DNA from: Macrostomum lignano
Taxonomy: Eukaryota
DNA: 64,000 bases
Direction: 5' to 3'
Assembly (NCBI GenBank): GCA_002269645.1
Contig: NIVC01001966.1
Location: forward strand, 62,001-126,000
Part shown: one piece after another, positions 13,601-24,977 of the stretch
How positions within the stretch are numbered: position 1 is the first letter of the stretch
Layout: each line of letters starts with the position of its first letter
Made by a program: the position numbers and the translations under genes
The notes under the pieces: generated by a model
Told to the model about the DNA's origin: nothing
The model's database searches: none
Seen by the model: the letters and a program-made list of their open reading frames with translations, nothing else

Positions 13601-16600
13601 GGTCCTTCTCGCATAGGCCTCTGGCCAATACACAGGCAATTTGTACTCGAATTTTCAGTACCGCAACGCCCTGCTAGACATAACTCGGTGCATCCACATG
13701 AACCCGATGGACCCGTCGTACTACATGGTCAGGGGCGAAATTCTTCTCAAGATGGGCAACCTCGACATGGCGGCCTTCTGCGTGCGGTAAGTCATCCAAA
13801 CTGACGTCTGAATATTGAAGCCTTATTGAACTCAAGCCTCAAGCCTCAAGCCATTTTATTGTCTTCCAGTCTGACCATCCTGTGAAATAGCATCGTGACT
13901 CAACTATAGCTTTGTTATGCCATAGTAAGGCTTGAGGATAAATTTTCTATAAAATTACTTGTCGCTACTGAATGTGACTCTGACTAGCGCAGATGTCAAT
14001 TCACCGTTTATAGGCACTAGTCACTCGCTCTAATTACTCGAAACTAATGAACGTATTATATTCACGCATAATGACATTTACGTTCCATGCCATTTGACTC
14101 TCAAAGTCTTTCACTCTCACTCTAACTACAAGAGTTCAGTCTCCGGTGTCACCCATCACCCGTTGCTTAATCCTCCTCTCTCGCCAGCCACTCGGCCGCA
14201 ATGAACCACGGTCGCCGGTCGGCAGAAGGCGCCAGTCCCACTCAGCGAGCTCTTGTGCTCAGCTTCCTCGGCCAGTTTGACGAGGCCATCAGGGTGCTGG
14301 CAGAGGAGGCTCGGTTCAGGCCCGGCAAGGACATCCTGTTCCTGCTGGGCAAGACTCAGATGAAGGCCAAGCGGTTTGCTGATGCGGCTGGCAGTTTCCA
14401 GGAGTGCCTGGAGATTCTGGTAAGATGGCTGCTCGTGTGAATTTTTTGTTTGCTTGTTAACCCATGACAAACAATTGACTCAAAGTTTAGTATTTTACAT
14501 TGAGTTTGAGCATTGAGTCTGAGCATTGATAATTGAGCATTGAGTCTGAGCATTGATAATTGAGCATTGAGTCTGAGCATTGAGTCTGGGCATTGAGTCT
14601 GAGCATTGAGCCTGGGAATTGAGTCTCAGCATTGAGTCTGAGCAATTGATAATTGAGCATTGAGTCTGAGCATTGAGCCTGGGAATTGAGTCTCAGCATT
14701 GAGTCTGAGCAATTGATAATTGAGCATTGAGTCTGAGCATTGAGCCTGGGAATTGAGTCTCAGCATTGAGTCTGAGCAATTGATAATTGAGCATTGAGTC
14801 TGAGCATTGAGCCTGGGAATTGAGTCTCAGCATTGAGTCTGAGCAATTGATAATTGAGTATTGAGTCTGAGCATTGATAATTGAGTATTGAGTCTAAGCA
14901 TTGATAATTGAGAATTTGAGTCTGAGCATTGAGTCTGAGCATTGATAATTGAGAATTTGAGTCTGAGCATTGAGTCTGAGCATTGATAATTGAGAATTTG
15001 AGTCTGAGCATTGAGTCTGAGCATTGATAATTGAGAATTTGAGTCTGAGCATTGAGTCTGAGCATTGATAATTGAGAATTTGAGTCTGAGCATTGAGTCT
15101 GAGCATTGATAATTGAGAATCGAGTCTGAGCATTGATAATTGAGAATCGAGTCTGAGCATTGATAATTGAGAATCGAGTCTGAGCATTGATAATTGAGAA
15201 TCGAGTCTGAGCATTGATAATTGAGAATCGAGTCTGAGCATTGATAATTGAGCATTGAGCAAACCGAAGGCGATGCTATCTCAGGAGTCCATTCTATTCT
15301 GGGATAATTTTTTCAGAAAAAATCCGCATACAAGTTCGATCGGGTAAAGCCACAGGTTTTCCTCATTTCTAGCCAACTGCTGGCCTTTTTTAATTGCTGA
15401 GACTGGTTTTGATCGTTCTTTCATTCGACTAACATCTATAGCACTAATCTATTCTTCAGCGTACTTTCTGCTAAGATTATTTTTCTCAAATTTTTAAGCT
15501 GACAGAATTCAACACCGTCAAGTTGTATTCAACGACTCATTTGGAAAGTTCTGATGTTCTTCTACCAAGTGGAATTTTCCCGCTTTGAGAATTTTTTCAG
15601 CCATGAGGGCCAACCCCCAAGGCACAGAGAATGTACATGCCTGACGATTGAAAAGTCAGCTCCGCTGTACACCCTGAGTGAGCGAGTGTGAGCTGTAATC
15701 AATTCTAGATCTGATCTGTTCACTTATAGAAAACTGTTTCTTTTTATTAAAATTTTATGCGATCAACTCAAGAATCCATCACAAACCTGACTCCGATTTC
15801 GTGTGCTTTGCAGAAGCCTTGGGGTGGCGACAAAAAGCTGGTGTGGCCCAAAGAGGCCGCCCAGGTGCACTACCTCATCGGCGACTGTCACACGGCGCTG
15901 CAGAACTACGGAGAAGGGCTGGAGTCCTACACTGCCGCTCTGGCCATCGACTCCGGCTTCGCTGATGTGAGTCACTGCTCTCTAAGTCAGAGTTTTTTTG
16001 GGTCTGCAGCGAGTTACATGTAGCTTTTGTACGATTTAGCAGCTCATTGTAGACTACCCTTATCTACTGTACATTGTAGACAATCTACTGTACATGGTAG
16101 ACAATCTACTGTACATTGTAGACAATCTATTGCACATTGTAGACAATCTACTGTACATTGTAGACAATCTAATCTACTGTACATTGTAGACAATCTAATC
16201 TACTGTACATTGTAGACAATCTAATCTACTGTACATTGTAGACAATCTATTGCACATTGTAAGCAATCTACTGTACATTGTAGACAATCTACTGTACATT
16301 GTAGACAATCTACTGTACATTGTAGACAATCTAATCTACTGTACATTTTAGACTATCTACTGTACATTGTAGACAATCTATGCACATTGTAAGCAATCTA
16401 CTGTACATTGTAGACAATCTATGCACATTGTAAGCAATCTACTGTACATTTAGGTAATTTACTATAGAACATCTGCAAAAGCTGCAGACAACAATCAGAT
16501 AGACTTGACAGTCTTTTACTTACAAGCTCTTACATAATGAGAAAATTAGCCATTTCCATTTGCAACAGGAAACCTGATGATGCTCAAGCCTTGTTTGCAT

Positions 16601-19600
16601 GGCTCCCCGGCCAGATCCAGTTTCCATTTATTAAATTCTGTAAAAAAATCTAGAAAAAATGTTGTCTAAAAATAGCTACAACTAGCTGGTCGGTTTGTGG
16701 ACTGAGAAAGGGCCCCCCTCCCCTCCTGAATTCGACGATAAACAGAAAATGGCGTCAGGTTTCGGGAAATCACCAGCCATGGTTAATCCGATATTTTTTG
16801 ACGATGGGAAGTCGGCGCTTAACTGGGTCTATTTTGGCTCTGAATTTTTCCCTGCTTAGATTTTAGCTTGCAATTTGATCTTCTGTTTGATGTTGCTCCG
16901 CTTTGGTTCAATAGACAGTCTGCTGGTTTAAATAAACACCCATCCAAGTCTTCATTCTGCTTGCATAAACACCCTTTCAGATGCTCTAGTTGAATATAAA
17001 CACCCTTTCAGATCCTCTATTTGAATAAACACCCATCCAGATCCGCTAGTTGAATAAACACCCTTTCAGATCCTCTAGTTAAGTAAACAGCCCCTTAGGT
17101 TAAATAAGCACCATCACAGGTCTGTCAGGAGTGTTTGCTATCGAGTGTTTAATATCGAATGCCTGTATTTAAATTTTGTTGATCAGTTGCCAAGCCAACC
17201 CGCCAACTGCAGGGCTTTTACCACCGCGGCCTCTGCCGGATCCTGATGAAGCAAGCCAAAGGTGTCCAGGACCTGAACCAGGCGCTAGCCATCAACCCGG
17301 CGATGTACCAGGTCTACCTGTCCCGGGCGGCTCACTACGCCTGCGAGGGTCGCTACAGCAAGGCCGTCCTGAACTGCAACGAGGCCCTTCGACTGCAGCC
17401 GCAGTGCGTCCGCGCCCTGCTCTACCGCGGCTCCATCAAGTGCCGAATCCGAGCGTACGGCCTCGCCGTAGACGACCTGACCCGGGCCATCGCCGTCGAC
17501 CCGACCTGCGCGCTGGCCTATTTCAACCGGGCCGTCTGTCACGGCGAGAGCCGCCAGCCGGACCTCGCCCTGCGCGACTACGGAGTCGTGCTCATGCTCA
17601 ACGACCGCCGGCTGCGCTACCGCACGCTGGTGAACCGCGGCCTGCTGTACCTGACCTCCTGCAGCGATCCGGAGAACGCGCTCGGCGACTTCCTGCTGGC
17701 TGCTCGCGACCGGCCAAACGATGAGCGACTTCTGCACGCCATCGGCACCTGCTACCACCGGCTGCGCCGCCTGCCGCAGGCCGTCCGGGCGTTCAGCCGG
17801 GCTCTGGACGCAAATTCAAACTTCTACGATGCCTACATCGGCCGGGCCAACTGCTACCTGGACTTCGGCAGCCCGCGCAGCGTCCTGTTCGCCAGGCGCG
17901 ACTACGAGCGCGTCCTGATGAGCGACCCGCGCCACCTGGCCGCCCGGGTCAACCTGGCCTTCAGCCTGCAGATGGACGGCCGCATGCGCGCCGCCTGGGA
18001 CCAGCTGAGTGCGGCCATCCGCTTCCAGCCGGACTCGCCGAAGCCGTGGGAATGCCGCGCTGTGGTCTCGCTCCAGATGTCCAACCTGGACGGCGCTCTG
18101 GCCGACGCCAACGAGGCTGTGCGACTGCGGCCTAGCAGTGCAGAGAGTCTGGTGACGCGCGGCGTTGTGCAGCAGTGCGCCGGCGACCGCGTGTCGGCGA
18201 TGCGCGACTACCAGAAAGCGATCCTGGCGGAGCCGAGCTTCTCCCTGGCCTATTATAACGCCGCCAACGTGTACCTGCAGCAGCGCCAGTACCATCAGGC
18301 GCTGCGCTACTACGACTCCTGCATCCGGCTCAATCCCGCCGACGAAGGTGCTCACAACAATCGGGCTCTGACTAGAGGCCTGCTCGGTGACGTGGACGGA
18401 GCTCTGGCCGATGCTAGCCGGGCCATCGAGCTCAGCCCGCACATGGCGCACGCCTTCTTCAACAGGGGCAAACTGGCCGTGCGAGCTGGGAACTTCGACT
18501 CGGCTGAGGCCGATTTTAGCGCTGGTAGGTGCTGAGTCTGCGTGCTTGCTGAGTCTGAGTGAGTGCTGAGTCTGCGTGCTTGCTGAGTCTGAGTGCTTGC
18601 CGAGTCTGAGTGCTTGCTGAATCTGAGTGCTTGCTGAGTCTGAGTGAGTGCTGAGTCTGAGTGCTTGCCGAGTCTGAGTGCTTGCTGAATCTGAGTGCTT
18701 GCTGAGTCTGAGTGAGTGCCGAGTCTGCGTGCTTGCTGAGTCTGAGTGCTTGCTGAGTCTGAGTGCTTGCTGAGTCTGAGTGCTTGCTGAGTCTGCGTGC
18801 TCGGTGAGTCTGAGTGCTTGCTGAGTCTGCGTGCTCGGTGAGTCTGAGTGCTTGCTGAGTCTGAGTGAGTGCTAAGTCTGAGTGCTTGCTGAGTCTGAGT
18901 GAGTGCTGAGTCTGAGTGCTTGCTGAGTCTGAGTGCTTGCTGAGTCTGAGTGCTTGCTGAGTCTGCGTGCTTGTTGAGTCTGCGTGCTTGCTGAGTCTGC
19001 GTGCTTGCTGAGTCTGAGTGCTTGCTGAGTCTGCGTGCTTGCTGAGTCTGAGTGCTTGCTGAATCTGAGTGCTTGCTGAGTCTGAGTGAGTGCCGAGTCT
19101 GCGTGCTTGCTGAGTCTGAGTGAGTGCTGAGTCTGAGTGCTTGCTGAGTCTGAGTGCTTGCTGAGTCTGAGTGCTTGCTGAGTGTGCGTGCTTGCTGAGT
19201 CTGAGTGCTTGCCGAGTCTGAGTGCTTGCTGAATCTGAGTGCTTGCTGAGTCTGAGTGAGTGCTGAGTCTGAGTGCTTGCTGAGTCTGAGTGCTTGCTGA
19301 GTCTGAGTGAGTGCTGAGTCTTAGTGCTTGCCGAGTCTGAGTGCTTGCTGAGTCTGAGTGCTTGCTGAGTCTGAGTGAGTGCTGAGTCTGAGTGCTTGCC
19401 GAGTCTGAGTGCTTGCTGAGTCTGAGTCAGTGCTGAGTCTGAGTGTTTGCTGAGTCTGAGTGCTTGCTGAGTGTGCGTGCTTGCTGAGTCTGAGTGAGTG
19501 CTGAGTCTGAGTGCTTGCCGAGTCTGAGTGCTTGCTGAGTCTGAGTGCTTGCTGAGTCTGAGTGCTTGTTGAGTCTGAGTGCTTGCTGAGTATTGATTGT

Positions 19601-22600
19601 GTCCTGTGTCAGGCCTTTTTGTGCACAGTAAACTACTCTTGCACTGCAGTAGCTCTGCGTCACTTGTCCCCGTGTATCTTCTATTGCATCGTCTGTTCCA
19701 CTTGCTTCTTGGTGTTTAGTTTCGAAAATATGATTCCGAAGCAGAGAAGCTGCAAGATCAAAATATGCAAGCCTTTCTTCGCTCGAAGAAAAACACTAAG
19801 TGTCCGGGCAGAAAATAATACACTTGGGAGGTAATCGGGGCATTTTTTCGACTGGGGAAAATTACAGCCAGGGAAGCTGAGCCTGAGGTTTGTGCTCCGG
19901 GCCGCAGCTGCGATCAGAGCTGTAATAACAGGGATGAACCTGCTTGCCACTGTCCAAAGCTGGGCATTTATCCCCGTGGCTATGACTCTCCGAATCCTCA
20001 TCCTTAAAAATTGTCTTCCCGCGTTGCTTCTCATTTAGCAGCAGATTTCGAGAGTCCCAATTAGTGCGAAGTGGCAATTTTGCTGCTCAAAAATATGGGA
20101 TGCACTCAAACCCTTTTCTGTCTCAGTTGATTGAGCCTTGCAGGTCTCTTTTTGCCTTTTTCTCTTTGAATTATTCTTGTGGATTAGCCCGCATCCTTTG
20201 TGCAGCGAGTGACTGACGGGATGGTATTCAAGACCTGCTGCGATGGAAATGCTTGCTTCACAATTCCTAGCATCTATAGCACCCCAATTTCCAACCCCTA
20301 CCCAAGAATCGATAAAACACCCCGATTTCTAACACCTACCCTAGAATCGATAAAACACCCCGATTTCTATCCCTTACCCCTAGAATCGATAAAAAAACAC
20401 CCCGATTTCCAACCCCTACCCAAGAATCGATAAAACACCCCGATTTCTAACACCTACCCTAGAATCGATAAAACACCCCGATTTCGATTTCTATCCCTTA
20501 CCCCTAGAATCGATAAAAAAACACCCCGATTTCCAACCCCTACCCAAGAATCGATAAAACACCCCGATTTCTAACACCTACCCTAGAATCGATAAAACAC
20601 CCCGATTTCGATTTCTATCCCTTACCCCTAGAATCGATAAAACACCCCGATTTCTATCCCTTACCCCTAGAATCGATAAAACACCCCGATTTCTATCCCT
20701 TACCCTTAGAATCGATAAAACACCCCGATTTCTATCCCTTACCCCTAGAATCGAGAAAAAAACACCCCGATTTCTAACACCTACCCTGAAATCGATAAAA
20801 CACTCTGATTTCTATCCCTTACCCCTAGAATCGATAAAAAACACCCCGATTTCCAACCCCTACCCAAGAATCGATAAAACACCCCGATTTCTAACACCTA
20901 CCCTAGAATCGATAAAACACCCCGATTTCGATTTCTATCCCTTACCCCTAGAATCGATAAAACACCCCGATTTCTATCCCTTACCCCTAGAATCGATAAA
21001 AAAACACCCCGATTTCCAACCCCTACCCAAGAATCGATAAAACACCCCGATTTCTAACACCTACCCTAGAATCGATAAAACACCCCGATTTCGATTTCTA
21101 TCCCTTACCCCTAGAATAGATAAAACACCCCGACTTCCAACCCCTACCCAAGAATCGATAAAACACCCTGATTTCTATCCCTTACCCCTAGAATCGATAA
21201 AACACCCCGATTTCTATCCCTTACCCCTAGAATCGATAAAACACCCTGATTTCTATCCCTTACCCCTAGAATCGATAAAGCACCCCGATTTCTATCCCTT
21301 ACCCCTAGAATCGATAAAACACCCCGATTTCTATCCCTTACCCTTAGAATCGATAAAACACCCCGATTTCTATCCCTTACCCCTAGAATCGATAAAAAAC
21401 ACCCCGATTTCCAACCCCTACCCAAGAATCGATAAAAAACCCCGATTTCTAACACCTACCCTAGAATCGATAAAACACCCCGATTTCGATTTCTATCCCT
21501 TACCCCTAGAATCGATAAAAACACCCCGACTTCCAACCCCTACCCAAGAATCTATAAAACACCCTGATTTCTATCCCTTACCCCTAGAATCGATAAAACA
21601 CCCCGATTTCTATCCCTTACCCCTAGAATCGATAAAAAACACCCCGATTTCCAACCCCTACCCAAGAATCGATAAAACACCCCGATTTCTAACACCTACC
21701 CTAGAATCGATAAAACACCCCGATTTCGATTTCTATCCCTTACCCCTAGAATCGATAAAACACCCCGATTTCTATCCCTTACCCCTAGAATCGATAAAAA
21801 AACACCCCGATTTCCAACCCCTACCCAAGAATCGATAAAACACCCCGATTTCTAACACCTACCCTAGAATCGATAAAACACCCCGATTTCGATTTCTATC
21901 CCTTACCCCTAGAATCGATAAAACACCCTGATTTCTATCCCTTACCCCTAGAATCGATAAAACACCCCGATTTCTATCCCTTACCCTTAGAATCGATAAA
22001 ACACCCCGACTTCCAACCCCTACCCAAGAATCTATAAAACACCCTGATTTCTATCCCTTACCCCTAGAATCGATAAAACACCCCGATTTCTATCCCTTAC
22101 CCCTAGAATCGATAAAACACCCCGATTTCCAACCCCTACCCAAGAATCGATAAAACACCCCGATTTCTAACCCCTACCCTAGAATCGATAAAACACCCCG
22201 ATTCCTAACCCCTGCCCCTATAATCGATAAAAGAAACCCCGATTCCTAACCCCTGCCCCTATAATCGATAAAAGAAACCCCGATTCCTAACCCCTGCCCC
22301 TATAATCGATAAAAGAAACCCCGATTCCTAACCCCTGCCCCTAAAATATATAAAAAACACCCCAATTTCTAACCCCTACCTCAAGAATCAATAAACACCC
22401 GATTCCTAACTCCTGCCTCAAGAATCAATAAACACCCGATTCCTAACCCCTGCCTCAAGAATCATTAAAACACCCGATTCCTAACCCCTACCTCAAAAAT
22501 TAATAAAACACCAGATTCCTAACCCCTACCTCAAAAATTAATAAAACACCAGATTCCTAACCCCTACCTCAAGAATCAATAAACACCCGATTCTTAACCC

Positions 22601-23887
22601 CTGCCTCAAGAATCAATAAACACCCGATTCCTAACCCCTACCTCAAAAATTAATAAAACACCAGATTCCTAACCCCTACCTCAAAAATTAATAAAACACC
22701 AGATTCCTAACCCCTACCTCAAAAATTAATAAAACACCAGATTCCTAACCCCTACCTCAAAAATTAATAAAACACCAGATTCCTAACCCCTACCTCAAAA
22801 ATTAATAAAACACCAGATTCCTAACCCCTACCTCAAAAATTAATAAAACACCCGATTCCTAACCCTACCTCAAAAATTAATAAAACACCAGATTCCTAAC
22901 CCCTACCTCAAAAATTAATAAAACACCAGATTCCTAACCCCTACCTCAAAAATTAATAAAACACCCGATTCCTAACCCCTACCTCAAAAATTAATAAAAC
23001 ACCAGATTCCTAACCCCTACCTCAAAAATTAATAAAACACCCGATTCCTAACCCCTACCTCAAGAATCAATAAAACACCCGATTCCTAACCCCTACCTCA
23101 AAAATTAATAAAACACCCGATTCCTAACCCCTACCTCAAAAATTAATAAAACACCAGATTCCTAACCCCTACCTCAAAAATTAATAAAACACCAGATTCC
23201 TAACCCCTACCTCAAAAATTAATAAAACACCCGATTCCTAACCCCTACCTCAAAAATTAATAAAACACCAGATTCCTAACCCCTACCTCAAAAATTAATA
23301 AAACACCCGATTCCTAACCCCTACCTCAAGAATCAATAAAACACCCGATTCCTAACCCCTACCTCAAAAATTAATAAAACACCAGATTCCTAACCCCTAC
23401 CTCAAAAATTAATAAAACACCCGATTCCTAACCCCTACCTCAAAAATTAATAAAACACCAGATTCCTAACCCCTACCTCAAGAATCAATAAACACCCGAT
23501 TCCTAACCCCTGCCTCAAGAATCAATAAACACCCGATTCCTAACCCCTGCCTCAAGAATCAATAAACACCCGATTCCTAACCCCTGCCTCAAGAATCAAT
23601 AAACACCCGATTCCTAACCCCTACCTCAAAAATTAATAAAACACCAGATTCCTAACATCTGCCCCTAGAATCAATAAAACATCCGATTTCTAACCAATTA
23701 CTCTGAATATGAATAAAATTCGATATAAAATTCCGATGGTCTCGCCTTGCCCTTCATTGCAGCCCTGCTAATCCAACCCGACGACCCCGTGGTGTTGAAG
23801 TCACGGGCCGACTGCCTCGGCAAACTCGGGAAACGCCAAGCGGCCATCGAGGACTACAAGCGGGCTGTGCAGCTCACGGATCGATGA
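1689..23887 (+). CDS. TTC6: Tetratricopeptide repeat protein 6-like, 18 coding exons, ~1615 aa
   Basis: Exons: 1689-2455, 3209-3288, 3433-3524, 4041-4257, 4730-4796, 6886-7059, 7225-7308, 8131-8617, 10505-10810, 12037-12143, 12424-12735, 13128-13238, 13329-13422, 13659-13786, 14188-14419, 15814-15966, 17213-18524, 23763-23887. All introns are GT-AG with matching phases; the exons sum to 4848 nt (1616 codons). TTC6-like motifs include AGRKYVILP, FQLCRRGALRRKLG, LDAYWHRHLL, AYKARAEIYRKK, a long TPR run, and C-terminal ALLIQPDDPVVLKSRADCLGKLG...AIEDYKRAVQL. Confidence 0.88.
2515..3065. repeat. GC-rich ~21-bp minisatellite (AAGGAGAGCGCCCCGCCCACC variants) in TTC6 intron 1
   Basis: Tandem AAGGAGAG(C/T)GCCCC units are visible; the ORFs across this region are repeat translations. 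Confidence 0.9.
3592..3967. mobile_element. Non-autonomous hAT (Charlie-type) MITE with CT-rich interior
   Basis: Termini CAGGGTTCGGCAAA...TTGCGGTCAACCCTG. Flanks CTCTAAAG (3584-3591) and CTCTAAAA (3968-3975) form a 7/8-identical 8-bp TSD. The 5' end resembles the Charlie-type caggggtcggcaaa..cggcccgcg. Confidence 0.7.
4340..4460. repeat. Short dispersed repeat, copy 1 (second copy at 15598-15690)
   Basis: CAGCCATGAGGGCCAACCCCCAAGGC-CAGA..TGTAC.TGCCTGACGATTGA..AAAGTCA is shared with 15598-15690. Confidence 0.75.
6018..6770. repeat. ~29-31-bp minisatellite in TTC6 intron 5 (GGGTCATTGCCCTTCCAGTCATCATGAATTA grading into GGTCATTGCCCTCTCAGTCATGTAGGGG)
   Basis: Tandem units are directly visible, with two sub-types along the array. 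Confidence 0.92.
7440..8100. repeat. ~30-bp minisatellite (AAAATGGCGCCAAACCATTTATATTCACTC variants) in TTC6 intron 7
   Basis: About 20 tandem ATGGCGCCAAA-containing units. Confidence 0.92.
8650..9015. repeat. 22-bp minisatellite (CTGTTACACATTCAGGTGCTAC) in TTC6 intron 8
   Basis: Tandem units are visible. Confidence 0.92.
9205..9400 (-). mobile_element. Possible 3'-end fragment of an L2/CR1-like LINE
   Basis: The - strand reads LSELQTSSKLKDKLKARVL, resembling the SL..FK..LK..L terminus of L2/CR1 ORF2. The match is short and weak. Confidence 0.3.
9710..10435. repeat. 15-bp minisatellite (CTCTAGAATCTTACC variants) in TTC6 intron 8
   Basis: Tandem TAGAATCT-containing units. Confidence 0.9.
10870..11990. 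repeat. (CTCTC)n pentanucleotide microsatellite filling TTC6 intron 9
   Basis: Directly visible, with an internal block duplication carrying the CTTCTAGTTCTCAT variant. Confidence 0.95.
12765..13010. repeat. ~76-bp tandem unit, about 3 copies, in TTC6 intron 11
   Basis: GCCAACCAGAGACCAGCCAGTGTGAATGTGCAAATTCTCCTAGCCAATGTTCATTGGGGTAGAG...AAAACTCCA is repeated. Confidence 0.8.
14500..15260. repeat. Composite minisatellite built from TTGAGTCTGAGCA / TTGATAA modules, TTC6 intron 15
   Basis: Tandem modules are visible. Confidence 0.92.
15598..15690. repeat. Short dispersed repeat, copy 2 (see 4340-4460)
   Basis: Near-identical first ~55 nt to 4340-4400. It is preceded by a T run that would be an A-tail on the - strand. 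Confidence 0.75.
16040..16460. repeat. 21-bp minisatellite (TCTACTGTACATTGTAGACAA), TTC6 intron 16
   Basis: Tandem units are visible. Confidence 0.92.
16930..17110. repeat. ~29-bp degenerate tandem repeat (AATAAACACCCTTTCAGATCCTCTAGTTG), TTC6 intron 16
   Basis: About 5-6 diverged units. Confidence 0.7.
18530..19590. repeat. 17-bp minisatellite (GAGTCTGAGTGCTTGCT) starting at +6 of TTC6 intron 17
   Basis: About 60 tandem units directly after the GTAGGT donor. Confidence 0.95.
20290..23690. repeat. ~3.4-kb satellite of 38-39-bp units with higher-order structure, TTC6 intron 17
   Basis: The proximal unit is CTAGAATCGATAAAACACCCCGATTTCTATCCCTTACCC (39 bp), with three sub-types recurring in blocks. 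It grades at ~22200 into ATTCCTAACCCCTACCTCAAAAATTAATAAAACACCAG (38 bp). Confidence 0.95.
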
Positions 23888-24354
23888 AAATATTCACGAA
23901 TCGAATCTGAATTTGCCGTTTTATTTACTTTGTTAAACTTCAGTTAAGGTGGCTTGACAATTTTTACAGTCCAGTAGCTTATTGACCGTAGTTACATATA
24001 CACACAGATTTGGGACTTCGTTGTTAAAAAAGAAGATTTTTTCAAGATTGTGATATTTTAATTTTCTAGCAAGGATTGAAAATCGAGAAAGATTTATGCG
24101 TTCAATGGCCTTGCTATATAACTTGCTATTTTTATTAAGTCTATATTTAGGGTAAAGCAAAAAATATATATTAACCTTTTTAACTGTTTTTAATAACTCA
24201 CTAATTTTCTTAATTTTATTGAGACTGATGCAGCTTGTGCATATTAAAGTAGTAAACTGGCTACAGACAAGCCACGGTAAGGGGAAAGGTTATGGTTAAA
24301 GGATTAAGGTTATTTTTAGGTCCAGGCTTTCTAGGCTTGTCTAGGGTTAGGTCT

Positions 24355-24910
24355 TGGTTTGTCTAGGGTTAAGTCTAGGGTTATCTAGGGTCAGGTCTAG
24401 GGTTATCTAGGGTTAGGTCTAGGCTTGTCTAGGGTTAGGTCTAGGGTTATTTAGGGTTAAATCTAGGGTTGTCTATTGTTAATTCTAGGGTTGTCTAGGG
24501 TTAGGTCTAGGTTAGGGCTAGGGTTAGGTCTAGGTTAGGGCTAGGGTTAGGTCTAGGTTAGGGCTAGGGTTAGGTCTAGGTTAGGGCTAGGGTTAGGTCT
24601 AGGTTAGGGCTAGGGTTAGGTCTAGGTTAGGGCTAGGGTTAGGTCTAGGTTAGGGCTAGGGTTAGGTCTAGGTTAGGGCTAGGGTTAGGTCTAGGTTAGG
24701 GCTAGGGTTAGGTCTAGGTTAGGGCTAGGGTTAGGTCTAGGTTAGGGCTAGGGTTAGGTCTAGGTTAGGGCTAGGGTTAGGTCTAGGTTAGGGCTAGGGT
24801 TAGGTCTAGGTTAGGGCTAGGGTTAGGTCTAGGTTAGGGCTAGGGTTAGGTCTAGGTTAGGGCTAGGGTTAGGTCTAGGTTAGGGCTAGGGTTAGGATTA
24901 GTGTTAGGGT
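24355..24910 (+). repeat. Interstitial telomere-like array, 23-bp unit TTAGGG-CTAGGG-TTAGGT-CTAGG
   Basis: About 16-17 perfect units at 24511-24890 with a degenerate left edge. Confidence 0.92.
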
Positions 24911-24977
24911 TGGCCCAGAGTATCTAGCTATCGGCATGCACATATTTACGCACTGTACTTCAATGCATGCGCCAGAC

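Noticed and set aside
19860-20030. Cys-rich reading (VCAPGRSCDQSCNNRDEPACHCPK) as a possible nested exon
   Set aside because: No clear splice sites or recognisable domain, and it is not needed for the TTC6 frame.
24355-24910. True telomere or chromosome end
   Set aside because: The array is internal, flanked by genes, and made of a fixed 23-bp variant unit rather than pure TTAGGG.
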